Assembly: GCA_963693365.1 (NCBI GenBank)
Contig: CAVNZM010000017.1
Coordinates: forward strand, 6,066,708 to 6,130,707
Source of the DNA: Amoebidium appalachense
Lineage: Eukaryota > Protista > Ichthyosporea
Direction: 5' to 3'
DNA length: 64,000 nt
Below, one piece after another: positions 29,745-48,077 of this stretch. Under the pieces are notes generated by a model that was given only the letters and a program-made list of their open reading frames with translations, made no database searches and was not told the origin of the DNA. Position 1 is the first letter of the stretch, and every line of letters starts with the position of its first letter. A program made the translations under genes and the position numbers.

Positions 29745-30718
29745 CTCCCCAAATCCCTTCTCTCATCATCAGCTGCTGCTGCTGTCTTCCTTTTTCTCCC
29801 TTAGCCTTTGAATCTGAACACTGCTTTGATCGGTACCCACTTCGTTATTTCAGCCTGCTCTTCTTGATTGCCTCAGTTTTCGTTTTGATTTCTAAGCACT
29901 ACCCCCCCCCCCCCCCCCCCCCCCCCCCTCCCCCCCCCCCCGCGCCGGTCGTGAAGAAAACGCACGAACAAAGAAATTCTTCTTTCTGTTGATCCGGATT
30001 CTAGCGGTAATCCTTAGGAGGAGGTGGTGTGTGTGTGTGTGGGGGGGGGGGGGGTAGAACTAAAACAGGCAAAATCAAAAACCCAGATAATTTTCGCTAA
30101 ACAAAGCCTCATGTTCAAATATCTCATAGCATACACGCACCTGCGTACGTATCCAGTGGAAGTATGGAGCCACCCGTGCATAGACCCCCGGAAAGGCAGC
30201 CTGCCCACATCCATTGCCAAAGCTGACCACTCCAATCAGGTGCTTTCCGTCGGCGGAGACGAATGGACCACTGCCACGTATCACCCAAATACTGATTAGC
30301 AACCTTCCCTCCCCTTGTTCCTGATTATGTTTAGGTACACACAAACGCACAGATATACATGCACAAGAGTTCGAACACACGTGTGTGCGTGTGTAGACAT
30401 ACACACACACTCACACAGGCAGAACATTCCTTACTGGTCCATAATCACCCATACCCTATCATGTAAGCAAATTCGCCCAGAAATGCCTTACACAGTATCA
30501 GCTACATTTTCAAGCATAATTATACTTTTGCTGTCGTATTGTCGTTTTGCATGTTTGCTGATTTCCATACGACTTTGCCCTCCGAGCCAATTTAGCTCGT
30601 TGCCTCATTACTGTTCATGCCCTCCCGTACCCGTACTTTCTGTTCTCTCACCCTCCCCCCTCTCCCGCCCTGCTCCCCTTCCCCTGTCCGGTCCATTACC
30701 CCTCTTCCCACATAGAGT

Positions 30719-30755
<37 letters not shown>

Positions 30756-31549
30756 CCTTTCAGCCCCTAACCTCCCCTTTTTTTTTCCCTCTCTACCTCA
30801 CAAATCCCATCCGGCAAGTCCCCCCCCCCCCCCCCCTCCTCCTCTAAATTCTAACTCATGCTGCCCGATAAGCACTTATCAAATCAGCCGATTAGAATAT
30901 ATGCACTTACCCAGAATCGCCTTGGCAGGCATCGCGGCCACCCGTATGGACATCCCCTGCACACAGTTCGTTGCTTGTGATGGAGGAGCTGTTGCCGTAC
31001 GTCTTCTGGCACAGATCATTGTCGATGATGGGCACGTCCGTTTTGAGGAGGTAGGGTGAGCTCTCCCTCGTCGTGGTGTTAACTACTCCCCACCCGTACA
31101 CCCTGCACGTGCTTTTTAGTACGAGCTGATTGAATTCTTGGGCATTTGTTTTATATTGCTACTGTTACCGTAAGTTGGGGGGGAGGGGGAGGGGGGGGGG
31201 GGGAGGGGGGAGGGGGGGGAGGGGGACGGGTTCAGATGCGCAAAGAATGTGGACACTAACTTAGTAGGAAATAAGGGCAAGATCGTGTGACATCGGGACC
31301 CAGAAGGTGCTTGGGTTGGTCATATAGTGCATAAAAGGAAGCTCTGTATCATTTTGCTAAGACTTCCTATCTGGCTTTGTTTGTCGGTGTCATTGTCCTC
31401 TCATGCTCTCTTATCCCTCCTCTCTCCCCCCCCCCCTTTCCTTTTTCTCCTCCCACCGAGGCTAACATCACCATTGCTTGCTTAGGAGAATCACCGACAC
31501 ACACACTGTGCACACACACCCAAACACACACATGCACACACGCACACAC

Positions 31550-31584
<35 letters not shown>

Positions 31585-31617
31585 CGCACACATACGCACA
31601 CGCACACACACACACAC

Positions 31618-31648
<31 letters not shown>

Positions 31649-32250
31649 AGTCCTTCACCTTGCCATTTTGCCCGTTAGCTCATCCCCGCGCCTCCCTGTG
31701 CTTGGGCGGATGGAGTGGTTATCAACCGCAGTCTCGAGACTTACCAGACACAGGTCGGGGGACATGCCGTCCTTCTCTGCTAGTGGGGGGCTGGTTTTGT
31801 TGAACACTCGCAGAAGCTGCACCCATCCAATGAGTAAATAAAACCATCAATAAATGCCAATGTAATGTACTGTGTCTCTAGGCCCATCTTGATTTTAAGT
31901 GCATTCAGATATCTTGAGGATTTCTTACCTTTTTAGTTTTTCCGATCACCCCACCACGCGTGTTCCCAGATATAATCACTGGCTGAAAGAAGCTTCATGT
32001 ACACTAGCTAGTGTGTGGCATGTATGCACATGGAATGATTTTGGTGACGATAGGGTTGGGGGTGGAGGGTAGGGGTTGGTGTGGTTACCGGTGGGGGGTT
32101 GGTGGTGGTGTTTTGGGAGAAGGGAGGGATGCTCCCCCCCCCCCCCCCCCCCTCTCTCTCCCTCCTCCCCCTCCCTCCCCTCCCGTCCCCCCTCCCCTCT
32201 CCCTCCTCCACTCCGACCCTTCCCCCCCCCCCCGGGCCCCTCCCCGCCTC

Positions 32251-32294
<44 letters not shown>

Positions 32295-32406
32295 TCTCTT
32301 TCGTGTGCTCTTTTTTTGGTTTGCTGGGGGAAGAGGGGGGCAGGAGGGGTGATGGGGGGGTAGCAGGGGAAGGGCCCCCGGAGGGGGGGGGGAAGGGGAA
32401 GGGGAA

Positions 32407-32445
<39 letters not shown>

Positions 32446-32563
32446 ACACGTGAGGTAGAGGAGTACTAGTGGGGGGTGGGCCGGGGGTGGTGGGTGGGTG
32501 GATTTTAGGTGTGTGACGGTGTGGGTGGGTATGCACGTGAATGGTAATGCCTTTTTTTTTTTT

Positions 32564-32605
<42 letters not shown>

Positions 32606-32994
32606 GGCGGTGGTACCTGGAACTCCGTTATGTTACTCTGGTTGAGCCCTCCTATGGCTGCATGCAGGTAGAGAGGCCCAGGTACACCTTTGATGGTTTC
32701 AGCAAACTCCATGTCCCCGTCGAAAGGCTCGAGGCAGTGCCTCGCAGTGAGGATGTGCCGTGAAGAGATCAGACTGCCACCACATGCCGTTCTTGTGTGT
32801 TCATCGGTCAGAACATAGGCAAGATGTGTGTGTAAGAGCCCCTTGCTTGTTCTTTTCAAGTCAAGGCTTCAGGTGGTTTCTTTCTTTCGTGTTCTCTGGT
32901 CAAGCACGGTGCTTGTGTACGTTTGCCCGAACAAATAAAGTTGTTCCCTGCTCAAGGGAGAAAGAGAGGAGGGAGCATGTGTGTGTGTTTTTGT

Positions 32995-33048
<54 letters not shown>

Positions 33049-33239
33049 ATTGTGCAGAGTTCCAAGAATCTTGCGAGAATGTGAAATTCTCTCCCCAATC
33101 TCCAGATGGAAGAAGGGTAGCCCGGGGGAGAAAGGGGTGGGGGGTTGGGGGGGCGCTCATACTGGGATTTTTACGTTATATTCCCCCCCCTCCCCTCCTA
33201 CCCCCTCTTCACCCCCGAGCTCTCCTCTCCTCCTTCCCC

Positions 33240-33270
<31 letters not shown>

Positions 33271-33880
33271 CTCCCGGATCTCAACCCCGCCACACACACC
33301 CAAGATGCCACCCACCCAACCAACCAACCACCCTCGTGCGTGCGCACGCGCACACGCACACACACACACACACACACATACACACACACACACACACATA
33401 CACACTATAGCTAAGACACACAGACATACACTTGACACCAAAGATATCATCGTAAGGTCTTGATGCAACCACACAAATACCGGAGGCGTAAGGACAAGAC
33501 GTTGCTTGAACTTTTTATAATGGCGAAACCCCAAAGGGGAGGGGGAAACTTTACCTGCTTATGAACTTGTGGTCAAGCGATGCCAGTCGAAACGACACCA
33601 TCCAAGGGATGTTCTTGGTCACACGCTCTCCCCCAATTATCGTGGGCTCAAAGCCTTCAAGCTCGTCATCTGTGCGAGGGTGAGTGGAGTCTGAAGGGGC
33701 AAAGAAGTCTTTACGCACAAGAGCTTTCCAAACATTCGTTTGGGGTGCCAGCCAAGGTGACGTTGTGTTTTCTATGCTGGACAGGGTCGGGTAGGCAAGG
33801 CATGTTGAAAGCAGACTTGACGACAGGAAGATAAGCAGTAGAAACTCTGACCAGAAACTGAATCGGCACCGTGTTTCCAT
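29067..33880 (-). CDS. Secreted trypsin-like (S1A) serine protease zymogen
   Basis: Exons 33880-33555, 32791-32617, 31816-31659, 31102-30911, 30270-30141 and a probable last exon 29192-29067. Signal peptide, propeptide, IIGG, PWMVS, CGGSLI, LTARHC (His), DLCLVSL (Asp), [13 protein letters not shown] (Ser; Asp189 gives trypsin specificity), GVVSFG.GC..PGVYARV. The last exon is less certain; read-through to the stop at 30075 is the alternative. Confidence 0.9.
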
Positions 33881-34809
33881 ATTGAAGTACTGGCGGAGGA
33901 GCTTTGCTTTGTGTTTTTCACTTCGGTGTAGATGCATACTTAAACAGCTTGTGCCTAGCACTCATCCGAAGTAGCCCTGGGCTGTTATAGCACCAGAATC
34001 AAGCCAGAAGCTTGTGAGGGCACGTAAAAAAGTTCTCGGCGAAGAGGCCCGGTTTAACTTTTCTTTCTAATTGTTGATCTGGGACACCATTATTTCCAAG
34101 GTGCCTGTGTTTCAAGGTCTAACTGCATTTGCAAGCTCAACGATACAGTTTTTGGGTGTGCAGATTAAAGTGTCTTCATTGCTTGGTCACGAATCTTACG
34201 TTGACATGTGCTGGTCGTGCAATTATATGTGTGCATATTCATACCAATACGTCTGTACACATCCTCTTTAGGGAAGGCTTTCATTCCTGTTTGCACTATG
34301 CTGCCGTGCGTACGTGCACATCTACCGTTACGACGTGGTTTCTTTTGAAAAATTCTTTCTTCCTCTCTTCTCTCTCTCTCCGTGCATGTTTGTGTGTGCC
34401 GTGTGTGTCTTTTTGCCAACTCTTGTGTGTGTGTGTGCATGTCAGCACGGTTAAACTGAAGTGAATGGTGTTGGGTGATTTTCTTTTGTTCAAAGCTGCT
34501 CGAATTGGACCGTGACACGTGATTTTCCCAAGGCACTGAGCCCAATCTGGAAAACTTGCTCTGTTACGTAATCTTTGGTCCAATACTATTTTTAGCATGA
34601 GAACAATTCCCATCCTCACTTTAGTTAGCATGAGAACAGCCCAAATTATGTCGTTTTTCGTGCCATGTACATGTTTTAAAGGGGCCACGGAGCATGCTCT
34701 GATTGTCGTGGTTTATTTTTTCCTTCCTTTTGTGTTCTTGGAATGCAGGTGACACGTGACACATCAAGGACGTGTTGAATCTATGTCGTCATGGTCACAC
34801 ACCGTCGGT

Positions 34810-35028
34810 GTGTATGTGTGTGTGTGACTGTGTATGTATATGTGACGGTGTCACAGTGTGTGTGTGTGGATGCGAATTTGTGTGCGTGTGTTTATATGTG
34901 TGTTTGTGTGTGTGTGTGTGTGTGACTGTGTGTGCGAATTTGTGTGTGTGTGTTGCACGGTGTGTGTTCGTGTGCACAGCGTGTGTCTGTGCGGCGTGCG
35001 TGCTGCGTACATGTGTGCACGTGTGTGT

Positions 35029-35060
<32 letters not shown>

Positions 35061-35169
35061 ACATGTGTGTGTGTGTGTATGTGTGTGCGTGTGTGTGTGT
35101 GTACATGTGTGTGTGTGTGTGCGTGCGTGTGTATGTGTGTACATGTGTGTGTGTGTGTGTGTGTGTTTG

Positions 35170-35222
<53 letters not shown>

Positions 35223-35530
35223 CGGTGTGTGTGTGTGCTTGTCTGCGCGAGCGCGTGTGCATATCCCAACTTGGTGTGCTTGTGGGAGTTGATAGGTCAC
35301 CCGGGTTGAGCCTGTGGGTGTCGAATTTGTGGGTTGTGTGTGAACAGCGTGTTTGCGTGTGCGTGGACCTTGCACACGTGTGTGGACTGCTTTTGTATGT
35401 GGGTCTGTGTCTGTATGTGTGTGTGTATGTGGAGTCTGTGAGTGTGAGTGGATGTGTGAGTGTTGCAGTGTGCGTCTCCCCTGTGTGTGTGTTTGTTTTC
35501 GTGTGTATGACTATGTGTGTGTGATTGTGT
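34810..35530. repeat. Degenerate (GT)n microsatellite block
   Basis: Direct reading. Confidence 0.9.
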
Positions 35531-35775
35531 ATGTTCACAGGTTCCCGGTGTGCATGTGCGTATGATATATAATGTGAAGATCGTGTGTAATACTCGAGAT
35601 TTTCGTGTCTCTGTTTCAGAGAGTGTGTGTGGGTACATGGTGCGATTGGACTATTTCATTCAGAAAATGTCGCACTCAAAGCTTTTAGGCTACCCAAATG
35701 CCCGGTGTTTTTGTAAATGCTTGGCCTGGGCTGCCATTGACAGTGTGCACGCAGGCAAGTAGGGGTGTGTGTGTT

Positions 35776-35844
<69 letters not shown>

Positions 35845-35937
35845 CTGGAGTGGGTGGGGGCCTGGGGGAGAGGGGTGGTGGAGGGGTGGTGGGGGGTGAT
35901 GCGGATGATTGGGTTGGGGTTGGGGGGAAGGGCGGAA

Positions 35938-35978
<41 letters not shown>

Positions 35979-37039
35979 TTGATTTGCAATTGATTGAAAC
36001 CGGTTGCACTGAAGTATCTTGGGTGCCACATATGAATTGCTGGTGATAAATCCTGAGCAGGTAGGGGTTTCACCCATATGTTAAATTTTAAAAAGTCGTG
36101 AGTAAATATTTCTTCTCAACCACAGCAGGCGCATTGAGTGGCGCCTCCCGTTTCCACGAGAGATTTTGTTCAGCTTTCACATATGTACATGTTAACTAAT
36201 ATTAGGACCCTTTCCACGAGGGTTTTCCTAATGCTCCACAGCAAAAGTTTGCATTTCCAGCAGGATAGGTAAAGTTTGTAATATCCTTTCCACGATTGAA
36301 CTTAAGTACTACATAGGTAGTACTTAGATACTGTAACCCAGTAGCAGCTAAGGTATTAAATGTACACACCAAATTAGCTTCGTGTTGGGGAACTCTGCTG
36401 TTTTTGTCGGTTACGAAGTTCAATGATAATTTCTATAACTTGATCATAACTACTAGTTATTAATGTGCATGTACCTTTGGGAGTGAGGTGGCTTTATCTC
36501 CCCCCCCCCCCCCCCTCCCCCCCCCTCGCTCGCTCCCTCCCGGCCCCACCTTTCCCCCCAGGGCTCCCCCCGATCCCACCCCTCTCTTTCTTTGTCCCCG
36601 CGCCCAGCCCCCCCCCCCCCTCTCCCCCCCCCCCCCCCCCCCCCCCCCCTTCCCTCCCCCCCCCCCCCCCCCCCATGTGCCCCCCCCCCCCCCCCCCCCC
36701 TCCCCCCTACCTTCCCCCTCCCCCCGGCCTGGCCCCCTTCTCACCACCACCTCTTTTCCCGTCCCCCGTCTCCTAGGCCGAACCCCCCTTTCTCTCGGTG
36801 CATGTGTTGGAGGCTGGGATACATATACCCGTGTGTGTGAGGTGGTTTTGGTGGTGGTGGTGGTGATAAAGGGTGGGTCGCGAGGGAGGGGGGAGGGGGG
36901 GGGGGGGGGAGGGCTGTGCACGCGTACGTGAGAGCTCGAGAAGAAGAAGACGGGTAGGGGAAGGGGGGGTAGTACGTACTGTCACTTCTAAAGGAAGGAA
37001 CTACGGAGTATAGGAATTTCGAAGCCGGCACCGTGCACA

Positions 37040-37170
37040 TGCAGGGCAAAGACAGACACGTACCCAGGACCACACATGGATTCAATGAGTGAACCGGAAC
37101 AATGCATTGACTATTGAGGTGTCTGTGCACCACCAGGGCTGCTCACGATAAGTACAAGCTATTGTGCCCG
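37040..37170. repeat. Dispersed ~130-bp repeat, copy 1 (copy 2 at 44500-44630)
   Basis: Shared blocks gggcaaag..acgtaccc..accacaca..ggattcaa..tgaaccggaa.aatg.attgac..caccagggctgctca..ataagta.aagctattgt occur in direct orientation. Confidence 0.75.
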
Positions 37171-37546
37171 TACACAGCAGAAACTTTACGCAGGATTATC
37201 ATACAAAAAAGTGTTTCCTGCAACTACCCTGCGACTATTGCAGGCTTATTGCGCTACCATATTAGCGCTGTGAAGCTGTACTGCTTCTAAATATATCTAT
37301 AATTAGAAAAAACACTGCCTCAACACGGTGTAAATAGACCTGTTTATACACACTCGGGTCCCCATTTGTTCAATACACAGGCGATCGATCGTAGTTACAC
37401 CTGGACCACAGGAAATAATCCCGTATAATAATCCAAATATTTCCCCCGAAGTTAACAATCGATATTGATTAATAGTTAAACCCGATAACTGAAAATCCCA
37501 TACTCTGTGACAAGTCTGATAAGCTGTGTTAACCAATCACATGCAC

Positions 37547-43048
<5,502 letters not shown>

Positions 43049-43193
43049 TCTCAACCATCATGAATAGGAGGAGGCACGGTGGAGGCGTGGTTGGGACGCG
43101 CTTGCCGTGTAATATTTTCAAAATATTTCTTCGCAGCAGCTGGTGTGGGTGTACTAGGCTACTGCAGCTGGTAGGTTGCTCGCGGAACCATAG

Positions 43194-43245
43194 TTTTGGC
43201 GGGAACGAATGTCATTGGTTGGCAGAGATCTTACATGCGGCTAGA
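43194..43245 (-). promoter_or_regulatory. Candidate promoter module (CCAAT box + E2F-type site) of BTB gene copy B
   Basis: Minus strand reads agccgcatgtaagatctctgccaaccaatgacattcgttcccgccaaaa, homologous to 19811-19860. Confidence 0.55.
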
Positions 43246-43564
43246 GATCTTAGTAGATGCGCCTCGGCACAATTGCAAATCTATTAGATCTAGATGTGCA
43301 CGTGTACATGTTTATGTGTTTGTGCGTGTATAACTCACGTGTGTGCATATGTGTTTGTGTGCGTGTGTGCGTGCACACTCGTGTGCGTTTGTGTGTGACA
43401 TGTGTGTGCGTGTGCGTGTGAGCGCACGCGCGCCGCGCTGCGCAAGTGTGTGTGTGTGTGGCATTTAAATTTGTGTGTGTGTGTGTGTGTGTGCATGTGG
43501 TGTGCGTTTCTGTGTGCCTGTGTGTTTGTGTGTGTGTGTTTTGTGCTTGTACATTTATGCGTTT

Positions 43565-43611
<47 letters not shown>

Positions 43612-43688
43612 GTCGGTTCTGCGGTAGGTGAGTCCTTGGGACCCTGGGAGAACTTGGGGGGGGGGCGGGGGGGGGGGGGGGGGGGGGT

Positions 43689-43751
<63 letters not shown>

Positions 43752-44329
43752 CTGCAGGGTGGTTTTATTGTTCTTGCGGTCGAGGAAAATTATGCAATGA
43801 CATGGTCTGCAAAGATATGCCACGTATCCTGAACTCGCAGGGGAAATGGCTTGGGGGTACCGGTGGGCCATGGATGTATGGGTGGTGTATCGATGGGGGA
43901 AAGGGGGTTTGGGAACGATCTAATGGAGGAAATGGGGAAGGCTAGTAGTAATCTCTTACCAACACGCCACAAAACTTCAGAGTCGGCCCTGCGAACACGT
44001 GCACTCTCCCTCAAAAGATTTCTGTAAGCTTCACAGAAGCTCTCAAAAGATGCTACACAAAAGCTCTCTTCACATACAAACAGATTTTATAGATTATTGC
44101 CTACAAACAGATTTTATAGATTATTGCCTTTCCACCAGGATTATCTTATATCCTGACGGAAGCTTGTGTGAATTATCCCACGCAGCTAAGGCTTGCGCTC
44201 TACGCACGTGAATTGCAATTGCTGGGGGGACTTTGCTGTTGTCGTGTTAGACTACACATTTCTCTTACCCCGCCCCCCCCTTGACTTCCATCCTTTGTGG
44301 TGTGTGTGTGTGTGTGTGTGGGCAGTCGG

Positions 44330-44360
<31 letters not shown>

Positions 44361-44429
44361 GGGGGGGGAGGGAATAATGCTTGTGGTGCCGGGCTGTGAG
44401 AGGACAAGAAAAAAAGGAAAGGGGGGAGA

Positions 44430-44462
<33 letters not shown>

Positions 44463-44499
44463 GAGAGAGAGAGAGGAAGTCGAGAGAGAGAGGAAGTCG

Positions 44500-44630
44500 T
44501 GCGGGGCAAAGGCACGAGAAGACGTACCCGGCACCACACAAGTTGGATTCAACTGAACCGGAATAATGTATTGACAACCAAAATATCAGTGCCACCAGGG
44601 CTGCTCATTATAAGTAGAAGCTATTGTACA
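44500..44630. repeat. Dispersed ~130-bp repeat, copy 2
   Basis: Homologous to 37040-37170. Confidence 0.75.
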
Positions 44631-45040
44631 TGTATTGGTCAAAACAGAGTATCAATTATTGCGCCTGCGCTTCGGAGCCCCACAGGGGCCAATTCTTTTC
44701 GCTTCCAACTAAATTTAGATAGAACAGCTAACTAGACATGCTCGGGCAAGGGCGATCTTTCTACTCCTCTTCTCCTCTCTACTCTTACTTGACGGTCTAT
44801 CATTTAAATATCAAAACATAGAACATAAGAACGGGCGACACAGTTCCCATTAGTGGTGCCAGTTATTATATTCACTGATAACCGAAACCGCGAGTTTAGT
44901 GGTGCCAGTTATTATATTCACTGATAACCGAAACCGCGAGTTGTGAAGTGCGATATGTAAGCTCGCAAGAGATAACCGAAGGAGAGCAAGAAAAAACGGA
45001 AGATTCTACAGCGAAGGAGAGCAAGAAAAAACGGAAGATT

Positions 45041-46903
45041 CTACCACTCATCAGGTACCTTCGCGCTGGTGGGCTCATACGAGGCCGTGATCGTCTCTCC
45101 ATACGCCGTCCTTTGCCGGGTGAACTTCCTCTGGTCCGCAACAAACGGGTTAGGGCGCGGGTTTCTGATTCTCGTGTTGCGCCGAATTACATTGCGCATC
45201 GTTGACTGGGGCCCAAGGATGGAGCGACGGAGGTTGTGCACCTCAGACACTTTGCACGAGCACCACGACCGATCGTCGCACTGAGACGGACGCGGGGACA
45301 GGTTGCACACCGAGTTGCACCAATCGGGAGAGGCAAAAGGGTTGAGCGTTTGGCACACGTACTTTTCGCGGTCTGCGGCATCACCTACGTATTGCATGAG
45401 CCGCTGGCGATACCAAAGACGGTCCGAGCGCTGAATGCGTGAAAACTGAAGGAGGAGGCCGGCACGAAGCGTGGGGCCAACGCTTGCTCCCGGGATTTTG
45501 TCTTCGCTGAGCATACCGACGTATAGGTCGATATGGCTGACGTCATCACCATACATCTGCCTGAGACGATCCTGCAAGACGGGGTCTGACGTAATCTGGT
45601 TGATGCTTGTGATGGTGTCCCCCACAAGTATCTCGCGCACTTTAACGTATGAGGGGGTGTTGTAGTCACGTGCGCGCTGCACAGACAAAGCAACGAGGTC
45701 CATGGCGGGCTCGCCAGTTGGAAGCCCGCGGAAAAGATGGTTGCGTAAACACGTCGACACGTGCGTGTCGATACCCTCCATCTGTTGCAGCATCATGCCG
45801 GCAATAACGGGGTCTGGCCCGCCCAGCTGAGTGAACACACCGTGCGCACCAAAGTACGTGCTCTGTGTGGCGTTGGCTGGGTTGCACAGCGGCAACATGC
45901 CCTGCTGGCCTGGAAGCGGCCGCAGGTTCAACGGGTTGGCGAGGGTGAAGAAGTTGGGCACAGTACTGTGACCGAACCTCATGAAGCTGCCGTGGAAAAG
46001 GCGCATAAGCTGGCCGTTAACGGTCGGGTCATAAGGGGCCTCGCGGTAGTTTTCACCCAAAACGGCAGGCAGCCACTCCTGGTAGGTGATGTCCTGCAAC
46101 TCTGCCTCGATGATCACACGTGCTTCTTGGAAGATGCGCTCGGGGTCCCAGTTGGGGTTTTCACTGCGGATGAGCTCGGCAACATAGTTGTGTTCGCGAA
46201 ACATGAGCGTGTGCATGGACGCAAGCAGGGGGTTCTGCGAAACACGGTCGTCACCACTCTGATAGAGCGCCCGGTCGCCGATGGGCATCAGGTTACCCGC
46301 AATGGACGCCAGCAGCCAAGGCTTTTGTGGGTCACGCAGTTCCTGTGTGCGTTTTTGGGTGGAGCCGTAGACGATGGATCCGTCAATGTGTGAGCTGACG
46401 GTGTTAACTGCTGTGTTGTTTGCACTGCCATCCACACGAACGAAAAGCATCTGCGCACCGGGCGTGAAGTACTGATCGTCCTTGGGGACGGTGATGTTGA
46501 CTTGCGGGAGGCCCGGGCGTGCGATTGAAAGATCAAACACAAATGATATCTCGTGGTTGATATACTGGCCCCATGCAGGTACCATAGTGCTCAAACCACG
46601 AATGTCCGGTATAACATTGGTTGCATTCTGGTCGAAAACGGTGTTGCTTAGCAACCGCGTGTTTGGCACGGTCGGAGATTCGAACACTGCATCTGCGCGG
46701 GGGCCCGCAAGAAAAGGGATGGTGTCGTCATTGTTTGAGCCCCACTTTGGGTGGCGTAGGTTGTTAAGGTCACCTTCGGGTGTGCGGTACTTAACAAGAC
46801 TGTCGACCCCGTTGCTAGCGAGGAATGGGCATTGCGCATTCAATGTTTGCACGGCACTTAGTGCCATGAGCGTGGCACAGAGTGTGCTGGAAAACGGCGC
46901 CAT
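45041..46903 (-). CDS. Secreted heme peroxidase of the peroxidase-cyclooxygenase superfamily (animal-type), intronless, 620 aa
   Basis: Single ORF with signal peptide MAPFSSTLCATLMALSAVQTLNA. Motifs: YRTPEG.LNN..HPKWGS, PNTRLLSN, WGQYINHE (distal His), SHIDGSIVYGS, GDDRV (distal Arg), FREHN, FQEAR, QDITYQEWLP.VLG, RFGHS (proximal His), DLVALSVQRARD, IDLYVG, QF.R....DR.WY. Confidence 0.95.
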   Translation of the reverse strand: MAPFSSTLCATLMALSAVQTLNAQCPFLASNGVDSLVKYRTPEGDLNNLRHPKWGSNNDDTIPFLAGPRADAVFESPTVPNTRLLSNTVFDQNATNVIPDIRGLSTMVPAWGQYINHEISFVFDLSIARPGLPQVNITVPKDDQYFTPGAQMLFVRVDGSANNTAVNTVSSHIDGSIVYGSTQKRTQELRDPQKPWLLASIAGNLMPIGDRALYQSGDDRVSQNPLLASMHTLMFREHNYVAELIRSENPNWDPERIFQEARVIIEAELQDITYQEWLPAVLGENYREAPYDPTVNGQLMRLFHGSFMRFGHSTVPNFFTLANPLNLRPLPGQQGMLPLCNPANATQSTYFGAHGVFTQLGGPDPVIAGMMLQQMEGIDTHVSTCLRNHLFRGLPTGEPAMDLVALSVQRARDYNTPSYVKVREILVGDTITSINQITSDPVLQDRLRQMYGDDVSHIDLYVGMLSEDKIPGASVGPTLRAGLLLQFSRIQRSDRLWYRQRLMQYVGDAADREKYVCQTLNPFASPDWCNSVCNLSPRPSQCDDRSWCSCKVSEVHNLRRSILGPQSTMRNVIRRNTRIRNPRPNPFVADQRKFTRQRTAYGETITASYEPTSAKVPDEW

Positions 46904-48077
46904 CGTGCAGTGGCGATGTGTTAACAACAGATCGTGCAGTGGCGATGTGTTAACAGATTGTTAACAGATGGTTCTAAAGCTGAAGACTCGACTGATACTA
47001 TCACTGCAAATACTGTGTGTGTCGCTTATAGTCGCTGTGGTTTGGAAGTTGCAGCTGAGGAGAAAGAACGAACTGGATTCCCTTTCTCAGCCGAAAGTCG
47101 ACTTTATAAAGGACCCGTGTTTTTACGCTGCGCAATCCTATTGGTGATTAAGGAACCTTAGGGTGATTGGCGCTTCACGCACCAGAAAAGGCTGGAAGGA
47201 CTGGGTAACACGTCAATGTTAAAGTTTTATTGTGCTTTATAAATGATTTCCATAAGGGTGTATGGAATTATAAAGTAATAAACACATACTTTTATGCCTA
47301 TATGTACTTCCCCATACCGGGTTATGAACCAGAAGTTGGCTGCATAGAGCCAACATAAATCGGGCTCCGAGCATCCGTGTCCAAGTTGTTGGCAACTTGT
47401 TGCCATTGGTTAATAATTTCTACCAATCGCAATTAAGCCTGGCACTATTGTATACACCTGGATGCCGTGAATCATTGGTTCTTCGCACCCAAAATTCGAA
47501 AACTGTATTCTTGGTATCATTCTAGGTGTTGCAGTCGTTTTAGTATCATTGTCTTTGAGGCTTGAAAATAAATTCTTGTAAGTAATGGTGGCACAACAGC
47601 TTATGATTGAATTGCATGAACAATTTGGTTGGCAATAGTTGCTGTTAGTAGACAATAAGCATGGTGCAGCATGGTGCTTCTGTTGCATTCTAGATCTTTT
47701 ACAATAGCGGATATTATTTAATGTGTGTGTCTGTTATTTCATTGGCTCACATTTTTATCCACGCACGCTGCAAAATAGTAATTACAAACCGTTATGTGGG
47801 ATGGCTGGCGACCCCACCGGAGGTACGGCTAGATCATAGTGTGAATATGAATAGTTTCAAGTCTATGGCTGATAGATATCTTTTTACTCTACGTGTTGAG
47901 TCCCTTCCGGTGTTAGGACCGCAAAAACACCAACTACTAGTAGCCTATATGGCGGATACGGTTAGAGAGTCTCGTTCATACATAGATTCGTTTATTCGTA
48001 ATGTGGTGCGGTGTAAAAACGCGAAGATGATTATGGCTTGGTGGTGTAATCGGTTTCTGGTGTCTCCTGCTCGTATG

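Noticed and set aside
32792-32947. Longer trypsin exon 2 starting at the cag acceptor near 32948
   Set aside because: The phase-compatible frame contains a TGA stop.
45041-46903. Peroxidase as a cyclooxygenase or alpha-dioxygenase
   Set aside because: The proximal motif is MRFGHS, with no catalytic Tyr (YxWH/YRxH) before the proximal His.
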